From a virus, in IMG/VR virus record IMGVR_UViG_3300006735_000013, positions 1-64,000 of that record: a stretch of 64,000 bases of DNA; one strand, given 5' to 3'. The notes under the pieces are model-generated. The model was not told the DNA's origin. It worked only from the letters and a program-made list of their open reading frames with translations, and searched no databases. The position numbers and the translations under genes are program-made. Below, one piece after another: positions 47,255 to 56,902 of the stretch (position 1 is the stretch's first letter; every line of letters starts with the position of its first letter).

Positions 47255-48178
47255 TCATTGCTGCAAGATTTTACGGTATCTAATAAGTGCCTGTTCTTTC
47301 ATCTTACACTCAAGCATCATATCATATTGAACACCGTGGCGCAGCACGGGGTTGTATATCCAATCTGAGTGGGCTTGCACTCTGATCTTGTTGTCTCCCT
47401 GTTCTTCTCGGCGAGACTCAGAAAGGTGAACGACTGGCTTGATACCGGATGGCCAGGTTGATGCAGCCATTTGAACTGCCTCTTCCTGCGTCTGGGCGCC
47501 AGTGCAGAACCGAAAATGGTGATAGTCAAAGACAATTGGCACACCAACCCTCTGATAGATTAGCTCATAGAGGCGCCTTACGGACCACATGGAGGCTTTA
47601 TCGTCATTCTCTAGGGTAAGCCTAGAGCGAGTGTTTTCGTCCAGCCTGTAGAAGTTTTTGACCCATCTAGATGCTGTTCCTTCAAAGTCTCCACCGTATG
47701 TTCCTCCGACATGGATATTGATCTTGTTGTAATGACTAGGGAAGAATCCCATAAGGTCCATCATTTGTGAATGCTGATTCAATTCCTTGATAGTCTTATC
47801 CACAACTTTGTCATTTGGCGAGCCAAGTACATTGAAAGGTCCAGGATGAAAAGTTAGGCGATGGTTATTGAGTGTCGCATATTCACCAGCATCATCGAGC
47901 AAATAGCAAATCTCATTATAGTTTGGTAACTCCCTGAATTCATACTCACTCATCCAGGGGAATATATCTGATGACATTCTATAGAACTTGATGTCGTTTT
48001 GCTCATTCCACTCAAGAATTTTCTTGAGATCCTTGATGTTCTGCACTGCAAGTTCTGAAGCGTATGCGATGCCCTTATCTTTGAAGGTTCTCTTGATCAT
48101 GGATCGATTAGTGGTGATTCTCTTTGATTTTGGACCTGACGAAAGATCCATGTTTATGCAAGCGTATCCTAGTTGCAT
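47255..48178 (-). CDS. uvsE: UV DNA damage endonuclease
   Basis: LGYACIN, FYRMSS, RLTFHPG, INIHVGG, LENDD, FDYHH, AHSD, MLECK.KE. Confidence 0.92.
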   Translation of the reverse strand: MQLGYACINMDLSSGPKSKRITTNRSMIKRTFKDKGIAYASELAVQNIKDLKKILEWNEQNDIKFYRMSSDIFPWMSEYEFRELPNYNEICYLLDDAGEYATLNNHRLTFHPGPFNVLGSPNDKVVDKTIKELNQHSQMMDLMGFFPSHYNKINIHVGGTYGGDFEGTASRWVKNFYRLDENTRSRLTLENDDKASMWSVRRLYELIYQRVGVPIVFDYHHFRFCTGAQTQEEAVQMAASTWPSGIKPVVHLSESRREEQGDNKIRVQAHSDWIYNPVLRHGVQYDMMLECKMKEQALIRYRKILQQ

Positions 48179-48382
48179 TGTTTTCTACTTCTTTCTTTCT
48201 CTACTTCTAGTCTAATTTCTTCCGCGATGATATGCACAAGCACTTTACGTGCGGAATCGGAAAACAAGTTTACACCACTGTGTTTGAACTTGTCAAGTGT
48301 CTTGCTTATAGTTTTTTCTAATTTTCCCATGGGAACCCTTTTGGTCTATCTTTTAATATAGTACACCAGTGGGCTGGAAAAG

Positions 48383-48709
48383 TCAATCAAATAAAGGACA
48401 AACTTCTTTTTGCCACTCTAGTTCATTAGGAGTGTAACAATCCTTTTCTTGTAAGAGCCAGCAAAAGGGTGTTCCTGATGCACTAGGTTCAAAGCAACCC
48501 GGTGAACATACTTCATTATGAAGCTCACTATTTGGATTATGGCAAACATAAATAGAGGTTTGCCGTGGTGCTTCATCTTGGTCCAGTGAAGGTACAACTT
48601 CACCGCAAGAAAAGAAAAAAAGAAACAAGCAGCCCAGAGTCAAACCAACTAAGGATCTGTAACCACAAAAGTTCCTGTGTTGTAGTCGTCTAAAATTCTG
48701 CAATCCCAA
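48383..48709 (-). CDS. Cys-rich putative lipoprotein (true start probably downstream)
   Basis: Hydrophobic stretch + FFSC; 6 further Cys. Confidence 0.5.
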   Translation of the reverse strand: MGLQNFRRLQHRNFCGYRSLVGLTLGCLFLFFFSCGEVVPSLDQDEAPRQTSIYVCHNPNSELHNEVCSPGCFEPSASGTPFCWLLQEKDCYTPNELEWQKEVCPLFD

Positions 48710-49056
48710 CCATACTCACTGACAATGTCACCAACAATAAGCTTCATCTTGTCAGAGTTTCCTACAATTATCTTACAAGGTAATTCAACAAAGTTTAAGA
48801 ACTTTCTTACTTTTTCATCAACTTTATCATGGCGCGTGCCATGAAGATCGAGTGATCTCATTTTTCTTTGCTTTCTTCTATTTTTTGTTTTTCCGAACTT
48901 TATTGTAACTTCGGGTGTTACATCATAGTGGTGCCATACATCTTCTTTTTTAGTGCGCGCAACATGACCGTCGAGGTAGTAGTAGATATATCGAGGTGTC
49001 GTCTTTGTGACGATGCCGGCGCGTGTTTGGGAGATTATCAGGTCTCCTTTTCTCAT
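48649..49056 (-). CDS. SH3-like N-terminal domain fused to an Smr domain
   Basis: MRKGDLI...GIV; then SLDLHG...IIVG...NTG. Confidence 0.7.
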   Translation of the reverse strand: MRKGDLIISQTRAGIVTKTTPRYIYYYLDGHVARTKKEDVWHHYDVTPEVTIKFGKTKNRRKQRKMRSLDLHGTRHDKVDEKVRKFLNFVELPCKIIVGNSDKMKLIVGDIVSEYGWDCRILDDYNTGTFVVTDP

Positions 49057-49075
49057 TTTATAGCCCTCAAGCATA

Positions 49076-49372
49076 CTAGCGTTTCCTTTCTTCTAACCTA
49101 AATAACCAGTTTATCGAAACCATACCCATCGAATCTGTGATCCTATTCTTTTTTGAGACCATATCGCGGAAAAAGAATTCAAAGTTTGATCCGGGCTGCA
49201 TTCTCACTACAGCCAATTCGTTACGTGTGGATGAGGAATTCCTATCCTGATAGATGTCCACTATCTCTAAAAGGACTCCGACCCACTCCCTGCCATACAG
49301 AACATGGTAAACCAGATCTCCCTTCCTTAGTCCTCTGCTTTTCGATACTTCTTTCCACATAATGAGATACAA
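49076..49372 (-). CDS. SH3-like protein (LRKGDLV)
   Basis: Pattern match. Confidence 0.6.
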   Translation of the reverse strand: MYLIMWKEVSKSRGLRKGDLVYHVLYGREWVGVLLEIVDIYQDRNSSSTRNELAVVRMQPGSNFEFFFRDMVSKKNRITDSMGMVSINWLFRLEERKR

Positions 49373-49498
49373 CCCCTAATGTAACTAAGGACAGTATCCA
49401 GAGAATGATAATAAAAATTCTTGTTTTATTTGTAAAATTGAATATAAATCACCAAAGACGTCGCTATTATCAGAGATATCGCAGCAACGATCGGGTGC

Positions 49499-50098
49499 TT
49501 AACTTTGAACATAAGCGTTGACAGTCGCCAAGGCAGACAAATCAGAAATGCAGGAATTTGTAATGTCTTGCCTGTTTCTAGATTTAGAGTCTTCCAAAAC
49601 AAACTGGAGTTTTTTGAAGGTTTTATCACAATTTATGTAAAACTGAAAAGCGCTCAGCATAGCTTGAAAACTAGAGTATATAATCGAATTTGACCTTGCT
49701 GAAAATTCTGCCATAGCATGTCTCTTGGGCTTCAACCTGAGAGAAACATCCGCTTTAGCATCTGTCTTGGAACACGTCCTGGACATTTCAAAAATTGGCC
49801 TAACTGACAAGTCGACCAAACTAATGTTCTTTAGTGACTGGTGATTATTTATAAATTCTGTGTAGCAGGCCTTATAAATGGCATCAACAAAGCCCTCTCC
49901 AGGACACTCCAACAACCTGTATGACGAAGTTTTCCCAGATTCAATCTTCGAAAAAGACAAATCCACTAATGTTACGGGACTTTGCACAGACTCTTGTATC
50001 TTGATAGACTCTGGGCATAGAACTACCAAGTCATCCTTTAGTCTTTTTGTGAAAATCTCTTTAATATTGTCGCGGCGGAAATCCTCTGGTCTCCTCAC
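49499..50098 (-). CDS. stand-alone LeuA/CimA allosteric (dimerisation) domain-like protein
   Basis: GEGFVDAIYKA...LVDLSV...KTDAKADV...SIIYSSFQA. Confidence 0.6.
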   Translation of the reverse strand: MRRPEDFRRDNIKEIFTKRLKDDLVVLCPESIKIQESVQSPVTLVDLSFSKIESGKTSSYRLLECPGEGFVDAIYKACYTEFINNHQSLKNISLVDLSVRPIFEMSRTCSKTDAKADVSLRLKPKRHAMAEFSARSNSIIYSSFQAMLSAFQFYINCDKTFKKLQFVLEDSKSRNRQDITNSCISDLSALATVNAYVQS

Positions 50099-51915
50099 TA
50101 CTCCAACCTTTCAAGCCCTGCGGACACTTTGAAGATATTTTGAACATTTCCCAGCCTTTTTATATCTCTGAGAATTTTGACCTTTACATCCTCCGGTGCG
50201 TTGAATTGACCGGGGACAGAAGGTATAAACTTTACGGATAGGCCGGCGATATATCTACCCTCTGTTACCTTTTGGTTTTTTACCACAACAGTGACGATTG
50301 TTACATTTGGCAACGCTCGAAGGTCAGCAAGAATATCATCTAGACCTCTCGATTTGTTCTCTTCAAGAGTGAGGCCATAGGTCAGCATACAGTAAAATTT
50401 ATATATACCTCTCTGTCTGCTGCGCCCCTTCTCTTCTTTTATTATATCTTTCTCTATACTATCATAAAAGCTCTGCTTTGTCAAGTGGTTGTGGCTGAAA
50501 TACTTTTGTATATCTTCTTCTATGCCCGGAAGCTGTAGCTGCTGTCCTGAAGGTGCCGCATATCCCTCTTGAGCCAGCACTGCCTTTATTATCTCTATGA
50601 TGTCATCTATTTCTTTGTCTGCCGCGGAAGCAGTGAAAGCACAGAATTCTCTGAAGCCTTCGACGTTCATTGCTTCTTCTGGTGCCATTCTCAATTGGAC
50701 ATGCATGTCCTCTCCGTCTGCGTCGATGTCTAGCTCCTCATAACCATAGATGCCACTCTCAGACATCCTATCCTCTATCATGCGCTCAAGAGTTCGGACG
50801 TCCGAATAATCAATGTCTTCTAGGTCTTTTTCTGCTTTCCGATACTCTTCTCCTGTTGTGTCGATAGAAAATTCTACGGCGGCTCCATAATAGACCTCAA
50901 CACCGTGGTCATATTCGTTATCACCAATATCGTAATAGACCGAAATATGTTCTAAGTCTGAGTTTGCCTCATTTTTTATAACTTCGCAAGCTCTCTCTGC
51001 TACTTCGGCGGGGTTTGGTGGCGGATTGTCTATAATCCATTCTCGTGCTTCCCTGGTTATGTCTTCAAATATTTGACTGATCAGATCCTCTAGGTCGTCT
51101 TCATCTTCATTTTTGTATTCGGGCATACCATCGAGGTGCTCTCTTATGATACTCCACAAGTCATCGGCGTCTTGAGCTTCGTTTGGTGCATCCCAAAGCA
51201 TAGTCAAATCGCCTTCGTGGTCAAACTGCAAAGTAATCAGATGATTATCGGAGCCTTCAGGTATTCCTGAAAATTTCGTTATGACGAAAACTTTTCCTTC
51301 CTCTTCAGTATACTGCACAAAGTAGTTTCTCTTTTCTTTCGTCGAGATACACCAACTTGTAAGCCTAGGGTTTTGCCCATAGTAGCAGCTTGCCTCAGTT
51401 GTCAGTGGTCGTACTGCAAAAATGCCATGGTCGCTATAAACAACCTCAGAGTTCTCTTCTGCGTGCTTTTTTTCTGCTGCGGCTTTCTGCGCCTTAGCCG
51501 ATGTCGTGACACCTAGCTTATCTAGCATTCTCTTGAGTTCTTCGTCGTGGTATTTGTATATATCTTTTTCTTCAAACTTGTGTTGGTGCCATTGAAAGAG
51601 CTGCACGATGTCCATAAGTTCTTCTGAAAATCTCAAAATGTTATCTTGGTTTAGCTCAAACGCGCCTGGATATTCTAGATATTCCTCAAAATCTTCACTG
51701 TACTTTCTGTGTAACTCTCGGGCATACCACATAAGGTATTTTGATACCCCCTTGGTGCCGAGAGCATTCTCTATTTGGCGCCGACCCCAGTTAATCCAGC
51801 CCATTTTATCCGCGGCAGGATATTTTGCCTTGACATCTTTTACTCTTGCTTCCAGAAGGAGGTCAGGGTACCTCTCTTCCATAAGAAATTCTTTCCATTG
51901 TCTGTTAAATTGCAT
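50098..51915 (-). CDS. large acidic hypothetical (probable virion) protein
   Basis: Leader MQFNRQWKEFLMEE; ASCYYG...TSWCIS motif. Confidence 0.7.
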   Translation of the reverse strand: MQFNRQWKEFLMEERYPDLLLEARVKDVKAKYPAADKMGWINWGRRQIENALGTKGVSKYLMWYARELHRKYSEDFEEYLEYPGAFELNQDNILRFSEELMDIVQLFQWHQHKFEEKDIYKYHDEELKRMLDKLGVTTSAKAQKAAAEKKHAEENSEVVYSDHGIFAVRPLTTEASCYYGQNPRLTSWCISTKEKRNYFVQYTEEEGKVFVITKFSGIPEGSDNHLITLQFDHEGDLTMLWDAPNEAQDADDLWSIIREHLDGMPEYKNEDEDDLEDLISQIFEDITREAREWIIDNPPPNPAEVAERACEVIKNEANSDLEHISVYYDIGDNEYDHGVEVYYGAAVEFSIDTTGEEYRKAEKDLEDIDYSDVRTLERMIEDRMSESGIYGYEELDIDADGEDMHVQLRMAPEEAMNVEGFREFCAFTASAADKEIDDIIEIIKAVLAQEGYAAPSGQQLQLPGIEEDIQKYFSHNHLTKQSFYDSIEKDIIKEEKGRSRQRGIYKFYCMLTYGLTLEENKSRGLDDILADLRALPNVTIVTVVVKNQKVTEGRYIAGLSVKFIPSVPGQFNAPEDVKVKILRDIKRLGNVQNIFKVSAGLERLE

Positions 51916-51959
51916 AAAGAAAACACCTTTTTAATATAAATAGTTATAAATTATAGTGT

Positions 51960-52295
51960 CTAATAAAAAATCTGTATCAGAATCACTAGAAAGCACAAGC
52001 TCAGGCAAAGCATTGTTTTTGTGGTGAACATTGATTCGCCCAGCATTGTCCACGTCAAGACAGAAAATATAGTGTAGCCAGTGCATGTGCCTATGAATCT
52101 TGCTGACCACGCAGATTCTAGCTCTGTGGATATTATTTTCCAAGCATACCAAAAAAGTATGCTTGTTGGTACACCTATTAGAACGGCAGAAAGTATTGGT
52201 TTATCTGACCACCAGTGGTACATCTTCTGTAAGTTGAGTTGGTACCAGCCTAGGACCTGGCCTAAAGCAAAAAGTGCAATACCCCACCATAACAT
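51960..52295 (-). CDS. small 4-TM membrane protein (DMT/SMR-like)
   Basis: Four hydrophobic segments; LGE before the last helix. Confidence 0.55.
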   Translation of the reverse strand: MLWWGIALFALGQVLGWYQLNLQKMYHWWSDKPILSAVLIGVPTSILFWYAWKIISTELESAWSARFIGTCTGYTIFSVLTWTMLGESMFTTKTMLCLSLCFLVILIQIFY

Positions 52296-52640
52296 CTAGT
52301 GCTCCCTCAGTGAAAAGTTAGTAAATTTAGTTATCTCAGCAGCATTTATAGATTTAGCGAGTGATGCTATTAGTGCAACCTCTTCGGGCGGTATCGTAAG
52401 CTTATCAACTGAGTGCTCTTCTGCTTGCAAGATAAGTTCTTCCAAATAACCAAGAAGAATATCTGCCGAGAGCTTTACTTCTAATAAGGAGGTAAGCTCC
52501 GTTGTGGACACTTCAAAACCCCCCTTGTAATGGTCCTCTATTGTTGATTCTATTCTAGAAACCAAGGGAAGGCTGGCGCTATGGATCATTGAGATTGCCT
52601 TTACACTTATCTCTACGGCTGTTTCTGGCTTTTTTCCCAC
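52296..52640 (-). CDS. hypothetical protein
   Basis: ORF track. Confidence 0.6.
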   Translation of the reverse strand: MGKKPETAVEISVKAISMIHSASLPLVSRIESTIEDHYKGGFEVSTTELTSLLEVKLSADILLGYLEELILQAEEHSVDKLTIPPEEVALIASLAKSINAAEITKFTNFSLREH

Positions 52641-52904
52641 CTATTTGCCCTCTTTTTCTGAGTTGTGGTCAATCAAGTCCGTATATCCACCTAACTTTAC
52701 TGTCAATCCAGACTCAATATTGTTAGCCAAAATAATTGGCACCGTCGGATGATTGTAAAACTTTTTATAGTCTTCTAATATATCTTCTTTTCCCTCAAAG
52801 TCAAGATAAGTGTAGTTTGCCGATATTGCTTGACAATAATCGGACGCCATTGCACAAAAGGGACAACTCGATCGGCCAAAAATAAAGTATCTGGTATTAG
52901 TCAT
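52641..52904 (-). CDS. glutaredoxin
   Basis: CPFC, TVP, GGYTDL. Confidence 0.88.
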   Translation of the reverse strand: MTNTRYFIFGRSSCPFCAMASDYCQAISANYTYLDFEGKEDILEDYKKFYNHPTVPIILANNIESGLTVKLGGYTDLIDHNSEKEGK

Positions 52905-53184
52905 TAAGGATCCTTTTGCCCAGTTGCCTCTCATTCATCTTGGAATATATCTGCTGCGCTGATCCGAACGTGATTATATCTTCTACAGTATTTCCGTGGC
53001 TAATCTTCACTATTGAAAATTTTTCTGACGAATAGCTTGATTGCTCAGACAGTAGAAAGTTATCTAAATTTTCATAGTCTACAATGGAAACTACATGGTC
53101 TGTATTTATAAAAATATTTTTTGAATATATATCCCTTTTGTATCCATTATTCTCAATCATGAGAGTTCTTATCTGTAGTAGCAC
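52897..53184 (-). CDS. hypothetical protein
   Basis: ORF track. Confidence 0.6.
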   Translation of the reverse strand: MLLQIRTLMIENNGYKRDIYSKNIFINTDHVVSIVDYENLDNFLLSEQSSYSSEKFSIVKISHGNTVEDIITFGSAQQIYSKMNERQLGKRILND

Positions 53185-53459
53185 TAACTACCTCCTATGC
53201 TCTTAAGGATAAAGGCACCGATGAGACCTATAACGGATGTGAAAAGCGTCCAAATCATTCTTGATGATGTTCTCTTCCACGCCTCTAATTCTCTGAGCCT
53301 TGCATAAAGGCCCTGGTCTGGGTTATAAACTGCTTCTTTTATTTTTGCAATGTCTTGTGACATCTCTTCTTGCTTATCTTGCATAACATCAATACCATTA
53401 CAAACCTTATCAAGCTTGCTCTGCATTTCTAGCATGCACACTCTGTTGTCGTCAACCAT
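53184..53459 (-). CDS. coiled-coil + C-terminal TM protein (holin/XhlA-like)
   Basis: Heptad region followed by a single TM helix; SD GGAGG. Confidence 0.5.
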   Translation of the reverse strand: MVDDNRVCMLEMQSKLDKVCNGIDVMQDKQEEMSQDIAKIKEAVYNPDQGLYARLRELEAWKRTSSRMIWTLFTSVIGLIGAFILKSIGGS

Positions 53460-53498
53460 GGTAAAACCCTCCAACTATTTACTAGTAAGTAGTAAATG

Positions 53499-55064
53499 CT
53501 AGTGGACAATGCTGTGATTAGTCAACAAAAGAGTGCCTGCGACCGAGATAGCATTCCTGACCGCACACTTAGTGACCTTGGCAGGGTCGATGACCCCTGT
53601 TTTGTAAAGGTCCTCTTTCTTGTTTGTCAAGAAATTGTAACCTTCAAACTTCTCACAGGCACCGAGTGTGTGCAGCAATAATTCAGAATTGATGCCGGCA
53701 TTTTCTGACATTACACAGAATGGCGCCTTGAGTGACTTTTTGATAATTGGCAATGCTGTGCCCTGTTCTTCGTTTTCAAAGTCTACGTCGATGGCGTCAG
53801 AAATCTTAAGGAGAGTCATACCTCCACCGATTACAATTCCATCCTGCTGGGCTGAGTTGACGGCCTCCATGGCATCTTCTATCCTATGTTTCTTCTCTAT
53901 TACCTCTACCTCAGAGCTTCCACCAACACGTATAATCCCAACACCAGAAGAGAGACGAGTAATTCTGTCTTGAAGACGTTGAGCTGCATGCATATCTTCT
54001 GTTTGTTCAATTTCATTTTTGATCTCCTCTATTCGATTTTCAATTGAAGAATAATCACCCTCACCATCGACAATGATCGTATGAGACTTGCCAATCTCAA
54101 TTGAGCTAGCTTGGCCAAAGTCAACCAAAGAAACTTCTGTGGTCTTATGCCCTAAATTTTGCTGGAAGAATTTTGCACCTGTGGCAATGGCGAGGTCGCT
54201 CATAATCCCTCTTCTGTCTTCTCCATAGGAAGGAGCTTTCACGGCTGCAACTTTCATTGAGCCCCTCACTGTGTTCATGATCAGTGCGGCCAAGGCCTGA
54301 CCTTCAAGCTCTTCGGCCACGATAATAAATGGGCGATTTTCTCTAGCAGCAATCTCTAGCGCCGGGAGGATATCTGCTACTTGCTCTATTTTACTATCAG
54401 TAATCAAAAACATTGGATTATCATATTTTGCCAGGCCGCGGCGTTCATCCGTGATGAAGGCTCGAGCGGTATAACCTGAAGAGAACCTGAATCCTTCCAC
54501 CAGGTCTAAGGTTGTTTCATGTGAGTTGGCTTCCTCAATGGAGATGGAGCCATTTTTACCTACCTTGTCAACTGCGGTAGCTACCAACTCACCAATCATC
54601 TTGTCATTGTTTGATGAAATAGTGGCAATATGTCTGATATCCTCGATAGATGAAACCGGTTTAGCCAAATCAGTAATACCTTCGCAGATCACGTCACAAC
54701 ACCGATCAAGGCCGCGCTTGATCTCAATAGGGCTAACACCTGCTTCAATATGCTTGTTAGCTTGCACGAGGATCTCTCGGGCCAGAATGGTACTTGTAGT
54801 TGTACCATCGCCTGCTTGGGAGTTGGTCATCGCAGAAACCTGCTTTACGACTTCGGCTCCAGCATTCATGTGTGGATCTTCAAAGTTGATATTCTGAGCG
54901 ACGGTTACTCCGTCTTTTGTAATGAAAGGTCTTTTATCTTTCTGGTGAATGAGAACATTCTGGCCTTTCGGGCCGAGGGTGGTTGCAACATAATTAGCCA
55001 GGGTATTGACACCCTCCAAGACCTTGTTGCGAAGGGTCTGGCCGTGTTCTAACTTAGTAGTCAT
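53499..55064 (-). CDS. groL: chaperonin GroEL
   Basis: TLGPKG, TKDGVTVA, AGDGTTT, GGG, GVIDPAKV; promoter TTGACA-16-TATAAT at 55092..55119. Confidence 0.96.
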   Translation of the reverse strand: MTTKLEHGQTLRNKVLEGVNTLANYVATTLGPKGQNVLIHQKDKRPFITKDGVTVAQNINFEDPHMNAGAEVVKQVSAMTNSQAGDGTTTSTILAREILVQANKHIEAGVSPIEIKRGLDRCCDVICEGITDLAKPVSSIEDIRHIATISSNNDKMIGELVATAVDKVGKNGSISIEEANSHETTLDLVEGFRFSSGYTARAFITDERRGLAKYDNPMFLITDSKIEQVADILPALEIAARENRPFIIVAEELEGQALAALIMNTVRGSMKVAAVKAPSYGEDRRGIMSDLAIATGAKFFQQNLGHKTTEVSLVDFGQASSIEIGKSHTIIVDGEGDYSSIENRIEEIKNEIEQTEDMHAAQRLQDRITRLSSGVGIIRVGGSSEVEVIEKKHRIEDAMEAVNSAQQDGIVIGGGMTLLKISDAIDVDFENEEQGTALPIIKKSLKAPFCVMSENAGINSELLLHTLGACEKFEGYNFLTNKKEDLYKTGVIDPAKVTKCAVRNAISVAGTLLLTNHSIVH

Positions 55065-55133
55065 GAAACCTCACTTTATTGTTATACTACTATTATAATG
55101 TATTTTGAGAAAATGTCAAGCAGTTTTTTTACT

Positions 55134-56882
55134 TTATTCGGTGGCGGCCTCGGGGCGAAGCTCTTCTGTTTTGTATGCAATTGCGTTAGCAGCCTTGATG
55201 CTAGCCGTGGCCTTTTCATCTTCCTGCAAACCGCCGGCCATGAAAGAATAAGTGTTGTCCTGTATCGCCTTCACATTCATAAAAATATCGAAAATCGCTT
55301 CGTTCAAGTCGGTTGTCATCTTATTCAGCATTTCTTGGACTATTCTTGCTCCAATCTTAATTGTGCCTAAGTCCTGAGATATTTCAAGAACCTGCCTCCT
55401 GTTAACGTCAAACTGATATGTTTCCAACATACCCTTAGTATTCAAGAGAGCACGCTTTTTCATTTGAGAGTCTTTTAAGCTGTTGTAGAAATTCACAGAA
55501 TCTTCTAGTGATGCATAGAAACCAGGTTGGCGAAGGGATTGTTCTCTTTCTGACTTGACCCTTGCGGTAGCAAAGAGTGCACGGATTTGTTCGTTAGCTA
55601 CTACGGTAGATACTGCGAAAGCTTTGGCCAAAGCTGTGACTGTGGCGCGAAACACTCTTGGATTTTCTGTGGGTGTCCCAAATACTCCGTCTTCGGCTAG
55701 TGCCAAGACCATAGCCTTTGCTTGTGGATTTCCATTCGATGGGCCACCCTTAATCTTAGATTGGCCGCGGACAACTTTCTTTTGTACGTCGCCTTTTCCA
55801 ACAGGAGTAAACAAAGAATCGTTGCTAGCCCAATCTAACTCTTCAAGAAACCTTCCAATTTCTCCTTCCCCAACTTCAGCTATACCATCCAATCGAGCCA
55901 CAACATCTTCCATGAAGAACTCAACAAACTTAGTTTCTAACTCCTCGGGTGATGGCAAATTGGCACCGGGTAACTCGCTTGCCACATCCCTCTTGCCCTT
56001 AGAGGCGATAAAGGCTGCTGGTAGCTGAATGCAGATTTTTGACTTATCCATAGAGCGAGCAATTATATCTGCAATATTATCAAGCGTGAAGTCAAATTGA
56101 AAGAACTTTATATCGCCTTCGATATCCAAGCCGGCGCCTTGCTTCTCACCTGTCTCAGATGATGTAAACGACTTCATGCAAACAACATATCGCATTCCGT
56201 CAAAGCCGGAGAATTGTGGCTCTACTAAGTCTCCCACCAGGTCATTAAAGGAACCACCAACAACAACAGACTTTTCATTGTAGAGTTTCAAGCTGATTGG
56301 GATTTGGTCTCCTGTAGTAAAGTCAGCAATAGTGCCTGTATTCGCTGGCACTTGTCTGCCATCTAATAGTACAGCAAGAAAAGCTTCGAAGTTAAATCCG
56401 GCAGAGGCAGCATTGAAATTTGATACAACCTTTGTAAGAGCCTTGAAGAATACAAGATAAGATAAAACCTTTGCTATCTTTCGACCCACAGGAAGATTGT
56501 CATAATCCTCTGATGGCCCATTCGTATAGAAAGCGGATAGACTTGCCACCTTCTCCTGGAGGCTAGCCCCTTCAATTTGCTCAAGAAACTGTCTAAGCTG
56601 CTGTCGTTCTGGGCCTGAGACTTTTTGACCGCCAGTTGTACGAACATCGGTCCACCCCAATTCTGTAACACTTATCTCAGGGATAGCCTGCAGGGTGAGC
56701 GACATATCCTTTCGTTCGTTGATAAACTGCTCTCTGAGGAGCTCCATTTCAGTCTTGTGTGTCTCCACAAGTCTGTCCTTACTGACCTCGTAAACTTCAG
56801 CTATAAGGCTGTAAAGGTCGTCCATAGATGATATGGAGGGTTTCTTGTTGTTCTCTGATAAGAATTCTTTGTGCCAGCTCAT
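55134..56882 (-). CDS. hypothetical protein with a possible PD-(D/E)XK-like core
   Basis: AGFNFEAFL...IADF...ISLKL; leader MSWHKEFLSE. Confidence 0.55.
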   Translation of the reverse strand: MSWHKEFLSENNKKPSISSMDDLYSLIAEVYEVSKDRLVETHKTEMELLREQFINERKDMSLTLQAIPEISVTELGWTDVRTTGGQKVSGPERQQLRQFLEQIEGASLQEKVASLSAFYTNGPSEDYDNLPVGRKIAKVLSYLVFFKALTKVVSNFNAASAGFNFEAFLAVLLDGRQVPANTGTIADFTTGDQIPISLKLYNEKSVVVGGSFNDLVGDLVEPQFSGFDGMRYVVCMKSFTSSETGEKQGAGLDIEGDIKFFQFDFTLDNIADIIARSMDKSKICIQLPAAFIASKGKRDVASELPGANLPSPEELETKFVEFFMEDVVARLDGIAEVGEGEIGRFLEELDWASNDSLFTPVGKGDVQKKVVRGQSKIKGGPSNGNPQAKAMVLALAEDGVFGTPTENPRVFRATVTALAKAFAVSTVVANEQIRALFATARVKSEREQSLRQPGFYASLEDSVNFYNSLKDSQMKKRALLNTKGMLETYQFDVNRRQVLEISQDLGTIKIGARIVQEMLNKMTTDLNEAIFDIFMNVKAIQDNTYSFMAGGLQEDEKATASIKAANAIAYKTEELRPEAATE

Positions 56883-56902
56883 TCTTTATCTCCTTTGTAT
56901 AA

